Origin: a virus
Taxonomy: Duplodnaviria > Heunggongvirae > Uroviricota > Caudoviricetes
IMG/VR virus record: IMGVR_UViG_3300042991_000632
Span: 91,036 to 148,025 of that record
Strand: one strand, 5' to 3'
DNA length: 56,990 bases
The position numbers and the translations under genes are program-made. The notes beneath the pieces were generated by a model that was given only the letters and a program-made list of their open reading frames with translations, searched no databases and had not been told where the DNA came from. Positions 44,662-54,377 of the stretch are shown one piece after another (position 1 is the stretch's first letter; each line of letters starts with the position of its first letter).

Positions 44662-47600
44662 TTAATCGTTACTATCATCTTCATCGTCCAAATATTCATC
44701 ATATTCATCCAAATCCTCAAGATTAATATTTTTTTCTATTTCATGTATGAATAAGTCAAATGTCTTACTTGCTGTTTCTTCCAACGCAAACAATTCATCC
44801 ATTGTCATTTGAGCAGGAATCTTGAAGCGTTTCTTAAATCTGTCGAAGTATTTAATACGATTATATTGTAAGTAATCTAATTGTTTCTCTCTTTCTGATT
44901 TGTTAGCAGATGCAATTTCAAGTTCTCTAAGTTTTGCCATTTCTGCTTCATGTTTACGATCAAGTTCGATTTCAATTTCACTTTTGGGTACATCAATATT
45001 TTCTCTGACAATTTCCATATAAACGCCATTAAATGCTGCCACATTATATTCACTACCATTTTTAATTAAAACCAAATCACCATCTTTATAATCATCATTT
45101 ATTGATTTAATGCGTGGCTTATTGGCTGCAGTCATTTTTTCATTAAGAAAATTCAATGCATTATCATAAATTTCATAATGTATCTTTAAATCATCAAAAA
45201 CTTTAAAACCATCCCACACCTTTTTTGGTTCATAACCAGTTCTATTCCAGAAATTAACTTCCATTTCTTCAAGATACATTGATTCATCAAGATCATTTAA
45301 GTCAAAACTTTTTAGTTCCAACTGATATGACGGAAAATCTGCTTGTATAAATTCATATTCTTTTGATTTTTTGATTTTAACAACCTTTGATAACATTTTT
45401 TTTGCAACTTCCGGGTCAAAACCAACTAATATTGTTGAAACCCTCTCATTAAATGCTGACAAATATTTAATAGCATTATAATCACCAGTCATGTTTGGAT
45501 TTTCAAGTAATTCATCGGCAGTTATTATTTTCGAATTGTATATTTTCTTTCCTGTTTCCGGGTCTACTATTGCACTTGAACTACCAGCAGATTTTTTTGT
45601 ACCAGTATTATAATAATAAATAACACTGTCGAGTTCCGGTTCAGGTGGCATATAATTCGCAACCAATTTCATTTTAACATCAATATTCAAATTCTTAATT
45701 TTTGTTAAATCAAATTCATGCTTATGTTCTTCAAACAACTTTTCAGCAAGTTCCTCACGTTGTTGTATTATTAGTTCCATATGTGCTTGCATGCCCTTAT
45801 CCCTGCCATTTTTATCCTTACCCCTCTTTTTGTATGCAGCAATTGTTGTTTTTATCCTGTTCTTGTTTGCTATCTTTTTTAACGGTATTTGTTGATAGTA
45901 TATATTCGCAGCATAATCATTATAATAATCAAAGAATTCTTTACCCTTACCATTAAGGATCAATTTAAATCCATTATTGATAAATTCTTCGATATATTCA
46001 GGCATCACTTTCGATTTAATCGTATTACCAGTGAGTTTAATCTTCTCCTTTAACTCACCAGTTTTCTTGTCAGGCACTAATGCCAATGTAGCATAGTTAA
46101 TTCTTGCAAGGTTCAAACAAGACACAAATTCACCATCATCATCAACAGACATAAATGGTGGTTTCATTTCTTCTTTATTAAATTTCTCAATAAGTGCTGC
46201 AACACCTGTCTTACCACCATACTTCCACATAGTTTCGATAGGTCCGTCTTCCTGCATTACTGTTTGAAATGCTTCATTTTCATATAAAGTATCATCCACA
46301 TAGATATTCGTTCTTTCGGGAAAATGAAAGTTAACGCCATCAGTTACTGCAAGTAGTGGTGTACAACCATAACCATTGAACCAAGATATGGCATGACGCA
46401 AATGTAGTCTACCAGTACAAGTTATCCTTGATGCACAAATATTGTCAGACCAGTTAAACGATATATGTGAACCCAAAGCACCATATAGTGAGTTGTTCAA
46501 AATTTTAATAGGTAATTGTTTGATTTTGAACGATGATGTATCTGTTGATTTTAATTCCTTATTTATATATTTAACATGTGCTTCATGATCTATTTGTCTT
46601 AATAGCGTAACTTCTTCATTGTTTAGTTCACTGCCATTAGCCATTTTCTTATAAATGTTACGAGTTGTTGTAAGATACAAAAGCAATTTCTTTAATACAC
46701 CAGTAATATCAAATATTGGAAATACACCTTCAGTTAATTGAACCATAGGATAAAGAGATGCATAGTCAATCTTTTTTATTCTTTTCACGTATCCAGATTT
46801 GTATGTTCTTACCAACCCACCAGAAAATTTTTGATATGTATCAGGATACGGTATTGCCAAATCATTCTCATAACTCCAAGCAGTCATAAGCAAGTTCCAT
46901 ACACCTGCAGTTCCCATTGTACATATTCTTTGATATGTTGTTGGAACTATTTTAGCAAGCAAAAATGATGATTGATTATACAATTCATCAACCTGTTCAG
47001 TTTCCCACAAGTCATCAAGAAGATATTGTTTAACAAGTTTCTTACCGCTTATAAGACTAATCATTGATTTTGGTAACGCCTCTTTTTTAAACCATTCATA
47101 AAATGTTGGCGTACCATCTAAATATTTTTTTCTCGTTGCCTTATATTCTTCATCAATGAATTGTTGTTTATTTGCCTGAAGAATATATAAGTTTCTTGTA
47201 ACATACTGAAATTCTTCAGGTATCTGCATGTAATTGTTTTTTTCATCAATCACAAACATTTTGTTTTCTGAGTAGAACCTACCAATAGAATTATCTTCTC
47301 CGGGAATATATGTTCTGTTGGGTTTTGCAATTTTCTCTAATTTTGCAATATATTTTAATTTGTTTTCCTTGATCTCACTATTAACAGCAGCAGTTCTTTT
47401 AACAGCATGAAGAATGTCAATAATTGAATATCCCCACATTTCAGTTGCCGTATATCTGTCAGGGGTATTGCCATATTTAACCGATGTGTTAGGTCTTCTT
47501 CTTAAATGTACATCATTTCTTAATCCAGTTGGAATTGCTTCCAAGTTCATCTTCAATAATTTAGCACGACCAATAATAAAGTCAAAGTCGAACATTTCTG

Positions 47601-48354
47601 AGTTATATCCACAAATTACAGCAGGTTTTATATGGTCAATAACGTTAAAAAAGTCCTGAATTAATTTTATTTCACATTCATCGTCATCAAGTTTTTTCGG
47701 TTCAAGTGTTACTTCAAAACCTCTGTTGTCACGAATACCAATTGAAATTATTCTGCTTATTTGATATCTCAATCCGGTTGTTTCAATGTCAAACGTTAAT
47801 TTATGTATATTCTTATATTCTTCAATACCTTTGTAAAGTCGTGTTTGTGTTGAAACAAAAAATTGTTCGGCTAATCTTAGGTTATAAAAAAGATCACCAT
47901 TTACAAATTTAACTTTACCCTTACTATCCTTAATATCACGACCTTCATGATCTTTTAATTTTTGAAAAGGGTTGATACCACCATCACCAAAATAATCAAC
48001 AATACTATTAAATGATTTATGACTTGTTACTTTATAACAAAAACCATTAACCAATCTCTTCTGATTTCCAGTTTTTAATTTGGTAATGGTTATTCCGTGC
48101 TTTACTTTAAGACTTTCTTTAAGTGTTTCAGATTTTCCGGGATACAAAAAATGATTTAGTTTCTCTAAATCCTTCGTATACATGAACGGCTCATATTGAA
48201 TTTTGACTATTTTTGGGTCAGTACCGGGTTCATGTATAATGCATTCTGCATAATTTGTGTTTGGGTCGGTTTCTACGTTTACAAGATACTTCAAGTCTTG
48301 ATTATATCCTTCGAGAAACGCTTTAATTTCACCTAACATAGTTAATTTATCCAC
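44662..48354 (-). CDS. polB: Family B DNA polymerase with 3'-5' exonuclease
   Basis: FDIETTGL (ExoI), YNSEMFDF (ExoII), YLLDD (ExoIII), DYASLYP (A), KILNNSLYG (B), AVTDG (C variant). Confidence 0.92.
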   Translation of the reverse strand: MDKLTMLGEIKAFLEGYNQDLKYLVNVETDPNTNYAECIIHEPGTDPKIVKIQYEPFMYTKDLEKLNHFLYPGKSETLKESLKVKHGITITKLKTGNQKRLVNGFCYKVTSHKSFNSIVDYFGDGGINPFQKLKDHEGRDIKDSKGKVKFVNGDLFYNLRLAEQFFVSTQTRLYKGIEEYKNIHKLTFDIETTGLRYQISRIISIGIRDNRGFEVTLEPKKLDDDECEIKLIQDFFNVIDHIKPAVICGYNSEMFDFDFIIGRAKLLKMNLEAIPTGLRNDVHLRRRPNTSVKYGNTPDRYTATEMWGYSIIDILHAVKRTAAVNSEIKENKLKYIAKLEKIAKPNRTYIPGEDNSIGRFYSENKMFVIDEKNNYMQIPEEFQYVTRNLYILQANKQQFIDEEYKATRKKYLDGTPTFYEWFKKEALPKSMISLISGKKLVKQYLLDDLWETEQVDELYNQSSFLLAKIVPTTYQRICTMGTAGVWNLLMTAWSYENDLAIPYPDTYQKFSGGLVRTYKSGYVKRIKKIDYASLYPMVQLTEGVFPIFDITGVLKKLLLYLTTTRNIYKKMANGSELNNEEVTLLRQIDHEAHVKYINKELKSTDTSSFKIKQLPIKILNNSLYGALGSHISFNWSDNICASRITCTGRLHLRHAISWFNGYGCTPLLAVTDGVNFHFPERTNIYVDDTLYENEAFQTVMQEDGPIETMWKYGGKTGVAALIEKFNKEEMKPPFMSVDDDGEFVSCLNLARINYATLALVPDKKTGELKEKIKLTGNTIKSKVMPEYIEEFINNGFKLILNGKGKEFFDYYNDYAANIYYQQIPLKKIANKNRIKTTIAAYKKRGKDKNGRDKGMQAHMELIIQQREELAEKLFEEHKHEFDLTKIKNLNIDVKMKLVANYMPPEPELDSVIYYYNTGTKKSAGSSSAIVDPETGKKIYNSKIITADELLENPNMTGDYNAIKYLSAFNERVSTILVGFDPEVAKKMLSKVVKIKKSKEYEFIQADFPSYQLELKSFDLNDLDESMYLEEMEVNFWNRTGYEPKKVWDGFKVFDDLKIHYEIYDNALNFLNEKMTAANKPRIKSINDDYKDGDLVLIKNGSEYNVAAFNGVYMEIVRENIDVPKSEIEIELDRKHEAEMAKLRELEIASANKSEREKQLDYLQYNRIKYFDRFKKRFKIPAQMTMDELFALEETASKTFDLFIHEIEKNINLEDLDEYDEYLDDEDDSND

Positions 48355-49202
48355 TATATTCCTTTTTTTTCTATTTCAATTTTCTGTTCTATTTTATTAC
48401 AACCGCATTCCATATCACACATTAGTTCGAAATTAATTTCAAGTTGATATGGCTCATTCTTGGGTTCTAATGTACTGCAATTGACTTCAAAATAATCTTT
48501 TCCATTTGCATCAATTATCTTATATCCGTTCCAATGTAATGAACGTGCGTGTTGCATTAAGATTTTCTTTTTATATATCTCAGGAAAGCTTCTGGTATTA
48601 TAATAATCTGTTGCTATAATATTCTTACATGGAACACATTCACAACACGGTTCATATTCTATAAATGCTGCCGTTTCCGAACCAATAATTCTTGCATTTT
48701 CACAACTGAAAATAAGTTTACGATATTGTTCTGGAAGTTCATCTGCCATTTTCCATTTCTTTGTTTTAATCAATGGAAATACAAGTGGCTTCATTGGCTC
48801 ACAAATCGGTTGATACGACTTATAGATATTCTGTATATCATCGAGATATGAAATAGCATCATCATTTGAAACATAACCAATTTGAATTTCATCAACATCC
48901 ATGCCTTGCAGAAATACCATTCCAAATATCCAAATAGGCATTTGTTTAAAGTACAAACTATCTTCATTTGCATTAACACCAACGCTTACAGCATATTGAA
49001 TATTGTTGATTTTTCTATTGAATTCTTTTCGATATTCTTCCAATAATAATTCAATACGATTTTTTTCAATAGTTGATTTGGTTTTATTGTTTTCAATTTC
49101 TATGTAAACCGGGGTAACTTCATTACCATCTTTAAGATTTTTCCAGACTAAATATGTGGAATCCAAACCACCGGAAAACAAAACAGCTACTTTTTTACTC
49201 AT
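48354..49202 (-). CDS. QueC-like PP-loop ATP pyrophosphatase (divergent)
   Basis: VAVLFSGGLDST PP-loop; FPL..K; SCEN...PCCECVPC zinc cluster. Canonical QueC YGQ/RN/YPDC motifs not seen. Confidence 0.7.
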   Translation of the reverse strand: MSKKVAVLFSGGLDSTYLVWKNLKDGNEVTPVYIEIENNKTKSTIEKNRIELLLEEYRKEFNRKINNIQYAVSVGVNANEDSLYFKQMPIWIFGMVFLQGMDVDEIQIGYVSNDDAISYLDDIQNIYKSYQPICEPMKPLVFPLIKTKKWKMADELPEQYRKLIFSCENARIIGSETAAFIEYEPCCECVPCKNIIATDYYNTRSFPEIYKKKILMQHARSLHWNGYKIIDANGKDYFEVNCSTLEPKNEPYQLEINFELMCDMECGCNKIEQKIEIEKKGI

Positions 49203-49557
49203 AGATTTTTGTATGTGTCAATTCATATGTCTTATTATTGAAATGATATTTTCTATTACCAATAACGAATGTATTATTTTTCATTATAAGTTCTGTATTA
49301 TCAACCAATATACCACTTAACCATAAAGCACTAAGTGCATTTTTACCCAAGACTTTATAATATTCACCTTCACGCTTTATTTCGAAATCCAAAAGTAATG
49401 CATCTTTTCTATTATTCAAAACATTTTCCAAAATATATGTGAAATATGCACTAAGTTCATTTTTAATTTTTTGTCTGATATATCTAACATCAAATTCAAT
49501 TGATTTTAGTAAAAAATCCTGAAAAGGATTCCTGCCAAACTTATAAAGACTTCCCAT
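49195..49557 (-). CDS. Hypothetical protein (120 aa)
   Basis: Overlaps both neighbours in the replication operon. Confidence 0.65.
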   Translation of the reverse strand: MGSLYKFGRNPFQDFLLKSIEFDVRYIRQKIKNELSAYFTYILENVLNNRKDALLLDFEIKREGEYYKVLGKNALSALWLSGILVDNTELIMKNNTFVIGNRKYHFNNKTYELTHTKIYE

Positions 49558-51340
49558 GCTTTTCTTTAATTTTTTGTATTACATCACTTAGTACAGACTC
49601 GTTTACATTTGACGTATAGTCCTCATTATCAATAACTTTGACTATTTCTTTTCTCTTGCTCTCAATTGCGGAAAATACATAATCATCAATAGTGTCCCTG
49701 AAAATCAATGGATATATATTAACGACTGCTTTTTGTCCAATACGATGCAATCTGTCACTCACTTGGTCATAATCACCAACAGAATATGGTAATGTTGTAA
49801 TAAATAATTTACTTGCTGCAGTCAATGTTAATCCATATCCACAGGTTTGTATTGACCCAAGAAACACCTTTAAATCACTGTTAGGGTCTTGAAATTTCTT
49901 AACTATGTCTGCACGTTCATCATCCTTCTGGTCGCCAGTATGAAGTGCTGCTACATCGCCAAGTTTTTCTTTTAACTGATATAGTGCATCTTTAAAGAAG
50001 TCAACGATTACTACTTTTTCGCCAGTTTCAAGAATATTTTCAACCAGTTCAATCATATCTTTAACTTTTAAAGAGGCGGTATATTGCCTTAATCGAAGCA
50101 TAATTGTTAATGGATTGCGTGTTGGATGTTCGAGAAATTCGTTTGCAACCCCTTCCTCAATCTTATCGTAGGTGTCATATTCCTTATCATCCATTTCAAG
50201 AACAACACGCTGGTATATTTTGTCAGGCAAATCTGTTAATACTTCGAATTTCCTTTTTCTGTGTGCATAGGGCGCAATCTTATGATAAAGTTCTTCAAGC
50301 CTTTGCTCTGCAGTATCAGTGATATATCCCCATCCACCATTGTAGTCATACGTCATTCCACAATAATATTCATAAAAATATTTCTTTGTGCTGAAATCGG
50401 TTGGAGATATTTGATTTAAAATTGTATAGAGTTCATATGCCCTATTTGGTGCAGGCGTACCGGACAAAAATATTTTACTTGTCTTATCGCCCTTAAATAT
50501 TGACTTATTGAAAGTTTTCTTGAAATTCTTATATGTGTTTGCTTTAGTATTCTTCAGTTTCTGAGATTCATCACAAATAACTGCATCAATCTTATCAATC
50601 TTTAATTTCTTCCACTTCGCCAAGAACTTTTCCTGACTTTTAGAATTAAAATAATCGTAATTGACAATCACATATTTTGCATGCTCGACATCGCATTTAT
50701 TCTTTTTCCAGTTTACGATATAGTATGTGCTATTTGTAAACTTTTCAACCTCATTTCCATAATTGAATTTTAATGAATTAGGCGTGATTACAACAACCTT
50801 ATTGAAACCATTCATTTCAACATAAAGTATTGAAGATAAGGTTTTTCCAAGTCCCATTTCATGTGAAATCAACGTATTTTTTGTGACATTCATGAACATA
50901 GCTGCCACAATCTGATGCGGATAAAGTTTCACCCCTTCGTTAAGTAATGCATGTAGCTTATCTGAATATTGGGCATAGGTTTCTTCAAGTTCTTTTTTAT
51001 ATTGAACCCAATGCTCTTTTTTGATATCTAATTCGGCAATAAATTTGCGTTTTTCTGCTTCAGTAACTTCAATTTTCTTTATTTGTTCAATAAAGACTTT
51101 ACGACTATCTTCATTGCCAAAGTCAAAATGTATCTTATTAGAACCCTTATATTTTTTAATTAATGAATATAAAGCAGGTGTCGCTAATATCCATACACGA
51201 TTCAAAGCATCCCATTTTCTTTGGTCATCGGGAAGTTCTCTTATTCTTTGAACTAATTGGTCGTTGATAGGAAAACGTACTTCATACGCTGCTCTTTTGG
51301 CAATTCTGTTACAATGGACAACAAAAACAATTTCCTGCAT
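49541..51340 (-). CDS. SNF2/SMARCAL1-like helicase with HARP-like N-terminus
   Basis: HEMGLGKT, ICDESQ, LSGTP, GYGLTLTAA, QVSDRLHRIGQ motifs. Confidence 0.9.
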   Translation of the reverse strand: MQEIVFVVHCNRIAKRAAYEVRFPINDQLVQRIRELPDDQRKWDALNRVWILATPALYSLIKKYKGSNKIHFDFGNEDSRKVFIEQIKKIEVTEAEKRKFIAELDIKKEHWVQYKKELEETYAQYSDKLHALLNEGVKLYPHQIVAAMFMNVTKNTLISHEMGLGKTLSSILYVEMNGFNKVVVITPNSLKFNYGNEVEKFTNSTYYIVNWKKNKCDVEHAKYVIVNYDYFNSKSQEKFLAKWKKLKIDKIDAVICDESQKLKNTKANTYKNFKKTFNKSIFKGDKTSKIFLSGTPAPNRAYELYTILNQISPTDFSTKKYFYEYYCGMTYDYNGGWGYITDTAEQRLEELYHKIAPYAHRKRKFEVLTDLPDKIYQRVVLEMDDKEYDTYDKIEEGVANEFLEHPTRNPLTIMLRLRQYTASLKVKDMIELVENILETGEKVVIVDFFKDALYQLKEKLGDVAALHTGDQKDDERADIVKKFQDPNSDLKVFLGSIQTCGYGLTLTAASKLFITTLPYSVGDYDQVSDRLHRIGQKAVVNIYPLIFRDTIDDYVFSAIESKRKEIVKVIDNEDYTSNVNESVLSDVIQKIKEKHGKSL

Positions 51341-51360
51341 GATGATGTGACAATATCATG

Positions 51361-51391
51361 CAAAGATAAATAAAAAAAATATGATTGTCAA
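51361..51391 (-). promoter_or_regulatory. Bacteroidota-type housekeeping promoter
   Basis: Minus strand TTTGACA-N17-TATCTTTG upstream of the helicase ATG 51340. Confidence 0.75.
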
Positions 51392-51431
51392 ATATTTTCC
51401 ACAATATGATTTATAGAAAATCAAATATAAA

Positions 51432-51440
51432 GTATTTATA
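51432..51440 (+). promoter_or_regulatory. Putative late promoter motif on plus strand
   Basis: GTATTTATA directly before the only plus-strand gene. Confidence 0.65.
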
Positions 51441-52273
51441 TGAAAAATATTATGAAATCTGGAATATATGTAATTGAAAATCTTCTTAATAGAAAAAAAT
51501 ATGTTGGGAGTGCCAAAAACATTGATAAAAGATGGTATCAACATAAATATACTCTCAATAATAACATACACGATAATTTATATTTGCAAAAGGCATGGAA
51601 TAAATATGGTGAGAATAATTTTAAATTTATGATTATTGAAAATGTTGATTTCCAAAAATTAATTGAGCGAGAACAATATTATATTAAATTATATGATGTT
51701 TGTAATAGAAAATGTGGTTATAATTTAGCACCAAATGCTGGTAGTTCATTAGGATTTAAATTTTCTAATGAGAGTAGAATTAAAATGAGTAATGCTAAAA
51801 AAAATAAACCATCAACACGAAAAAACTATATAATGTCTGATGAAACTAAGAGGAAAATTGGTGAAGCAAATAAATTAAGTCAACTTGGAAGAACACATAC
51901 TGATGAGACTAAAAATAAAATGAAAAAACCTCATGGTGCTATGTCTGAAATTACAAAGAAAAAATTAAGTGACTGGAGAATGGGGTTGATACCATCTGAA
52001 AAAAACGGTCAATGGATGATAAAATCAGAAAAATCAACAAGATCAACAAAATTGAATGATGATCCAATGAAAAATAGAAACATAAAGAATAGGGGTGAAG
52101 GGAATGGTATGTCTATTTCAAATAAAAATGAAGTTATTGCAATACGAAATGATTATGATAATGGTGTTCCAATATCAGAATTACAAATAAAGTATAATAA
52201 AAAATATATATTTATATATAAAATAGTGAAACGATTAAGATGGCAATGGTTAGATAACAGTAGTCTTTGTTAA
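51440..52273 (+). CDS. Free-standing GIY-YIG homing endonuclease (I-TevI/Seg-like) with NUMOD3-type repeats
   Basis: SGIYVIEN..YVGSAKNIDKRW; repeats SNESRIKMS, SDETKRKIG, TDETKNKM, SEITKKKLS; C-terminal HTH-like region. Start may be ATG 51452. Confidence 0.88.
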   Translation: MKNIMKSGIYVIENLLNRKKYVGSAKNIDKRWYQHKYTLNNNIHDNLYLQKAWNKYGENNFKFMIIENVDFQKLIEREQYYIKLYDVCNRKCGYNLAPNAGSSLGFKFSNESRIKMSNAKKNKPSTRKNYIMSDETKRKIGEANKLSQLGRTHTDETKNKMKKPHGAMSEITKKKLSDWRMGLIPSEKNGQWMIKSEKSTRSTKLNDDPMKNRNIKNRGEGNGMSISNKNEVIAIRNDYDNGVPISELQIKYNKKYIFIYKIVKRLRWQWLDNSSLC

Positions 52274-52666
52274 GGAATCTGATATTATAATATTAATGTA
52301 TTCATTAACAGGTAATTTTATTTTACCACAATGTCCTTCTGATAATATATCAACAACAAATTCCCCCAAAAATCTTCCTGCTTTTTTTGTGTCACGTAAT
52401 GTAAATCTGTAAACAAGTGTATATTTTATTTCATCAGGATAACCGGGTCTATCATTATTAACAACAAGATTTGCCGGAACGTTAGCGATATGATATATGC
52501 CAGTATCAGCATCCATCATTGAAAATGTAACAGCAACATCTTCCATCATATCATCAGTAAGATCATATTTCTCTCTCAATCTCTGAACAAGCGGAAATTT
52601 CAATTCGGGAAGCGTGCTATCCTTCTTTATGAAAAAATTATTAAGATTAAATGTTGAGTAATCCAT
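52250..52666 (-). CDS. BppU-like baseplate upper protein N-terminal domain
   Basis: FFIKKDSTLPELKFPL..VTFSM..YRF..DT..AGRFLGEF pattern. Confidence 0.6.
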   Translation of the reverse strand: MDYSTFNLNNFFIKKDSTLPELKFPLVQRLREKYDLTDDMMEDVAVTFSMMDADTGIYHIANVPANLVVNNDRPGYPDEIKYTLVYRFTLRDTKKAGRFLGEFVVDILSEGHCGKIKLPVNEYINIIISDSLTKTTVI

Positions 52667-53082
52667 TATCCTATATCATCATTACCAGAATTATTATTTT
52701 TTTCTTCATTCTCAACAATATCAGTCATTATTTTGATCCTGTTTGCACCAACTGCCTTTACCCTCTCCTTCAATATTGCTGCAACGCCATCACCAATTAA
52801 ACCTATCGTCACAGCATCAATATTACTGAATGGATGACCACTAAGTTCATTATAAAATCTAAAAAGAATGTATGAACATAAAATTGTTATTATATACCTA
52901 CGCCAGTTATCAAAAAACCAGAATTTCCAACTCCATTTTTTTGGAGTATTTAAACTATCAACATCACGACCAGTCGTTTCGGTAAGTCCATAAACAAAAT
53001 AACCAATTATGAAAAACCACATAAAACCAAATAATTGTGCTGTGGTATAATCACCAAAAATTATATTTAAAAATTCTGTCAT
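52666..53082 (-). CDS. Membrane protein, holin-like
   Basis: Three hydrophobic segments and a charged C-terminus. Confidence 0.45.
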   Translation of the reverse strand: MTEFLNIIFGDYTTAQLFGFMWFFIIGYFVYGLTETTGRDVDSLNTPKKWSWKFWFFDNWRRYIITILCSYILFRFYNELSGHPFSNIDAVTIGLIGDGVAAILKERVKAVGANRIKIMTDIVENEEKNNNSGNDDIG

Positions 53083-53096
53083 AGTTTTTAGTTTCT

Positions 53097-53105
53097 TATA
53101 AATAC
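53097..53105 (-). promoter_or_regulatory. Putative late promoter motif
   Basis: tataaatac upstream of ATG 53082. Confidence 0.65.
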
Positions 53106-53125
53106 AAAATAATTCTTATTTCACT

Positions 53126-54373
53126 TTATAATACTTTAAGTAATGTTAAATATCTATTAGTATTTGCCGTAGCAGTACCTGTTGTTGTTCTCCAACGAAT
53201 ATCAACAGTTTGTGTTGATGCCAATGTTATCACAAAATTAGAATAACCATGAACAGTTGTAATATTACCTTGACTACTACCTCTTGTCCAAGTTAACGAA
53301 CTATTCGAAACAATAGTATTATTTGCATATATTGATGTCACAATACTTGCACTGGCAGAACCATGTGATAGCGAAGTGCCAAAACCAACTAAATATTTTC
53401 CTGCAGGTATGTTTGTCAACTGCATACCAGTCATTAATGTATCTGAAGTAGATGTTGTGGTAATATTACCAGTAGCACTTGTTTCATATGTTGTTATTGT
53501 AGTACCAGTACCACCGCCTAATGCAGAAATTGTAATATAATTACCATTTGGCGTTATGGTTACATTGCTGCCACCACTTAATGACTTGAATTGTAAGTTA
53601 CTATTTACAGTGTTTACATAAATTCCAGCACCTGTTCCAAGATTTGTAGCACCAGTTATTCCACCCGATGCACCACCACTTGCATTAATTGTAATTGTTG
53701 TACCATCGGAACTAAGCGTAACATTTGTGCCACCACTTAATGACTTCAATTGTATTTTTTGTGCACTTAAACTCGTATAAATTCCCTCTCCTGTTCCAAG
53801 ATTTGTCGCACCATTAACCACACCACTATTGGTTATTGCTCCAGCAACGATTAAGTTACCACCCATCGTAGTATTACCACCAATTGCAGCACTACCACCT
53901 AAATTAAAATTACCACCGACATCCAATGTACCATCAACACCACATATTGTACCAGTTGTTTTTATATCACCATTAACAGTACCACCAGTAACATTAAATT
54001 TAATGTCGGTTACACCAGTAAGAGAAGTATCATTTACAGATACACTACCCAGAATAGCGGTAGCACCTATTTTAGTCATGCTGTTTATACCAACGGTGGC
54101 ATATTTTTCCAAAATCAAATATTGTTCAGGTGTTGGTACGTCAGGTATTAATTTAATAATTTCTTCCTTTATCTGTGCAGGTGTTAATAATGTGTTCCAA
54201 CCAAAATTATCCCAATAATTAACCGATGAAATATCAGTATAATTATTTGGAGTACTGCCTGTATCGGGAATAGTCATAAACGCAGTATTTCCACTCAGCA
54301 TGTCTTGTGTCCATGTTTGAATGTCAATACCGATTATTTGACCACCAATTGTATATGCTAATAATTTACTCAT
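53126..54373 (-). CDS. Tail fibre-like protein
   Basis: Gly/Thr-rich; two copies of GATNLGTGxGIY..KSLSGGxNVT..ITI; beta-rich C-terminal domain. Confidence 0.6.
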   Translation of the reverse strand: MSKLLAYTIGGQIIGIDIQTWTQDMLSGNTAFMTIPDTGSTPNNYTDISSVNYWDNFGWNTLLTPAQIKEEIIKLIPDVPTPEQYLILEKYATVGINSMTKIGATAILGSVSVNDTSLTGVTDIKFNVTGGTVNGDIKTTGTICGVDGTLDVGGNFNLGGSAAIGGNTTMGGNLIVAGAITNSGVVNGATNLGTGEGIYTSLSAQKIQLKSLSGGTNVTLSSDGTTITINASGGASGGITGATNLGTGAGIYVNTVNSNLQFKSLSGGSNVTITPNGNYITISALGGGTGTTITTYETSATGNITTTSTSDTLMTGMQLTNIPAGKYLVGFGTSLSHGSASASIVTSIYANNTIVSNSSLTWTRGSSQGNITTVHGYSNFVITLASTQTVDIRWRTTTGTATANTNRYLTLLKVL

Positions 54374-54377
54374 TTCA

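Noticed and set aside
44662-48354. Intein or intron in the DNA polymerase
   Set aside because: No Cys/Ser...His-Asn splice junctions or LAGLIDADG block seen; motifs A, B and C are in continuous order.
48354-49202. Calling the gene queC and asserting a complete preQ0/dG+ pathway
   Set aside because: Canonical QueC substrate motifs are not evident and no partner genes are in the window; kept as QueC-like only.
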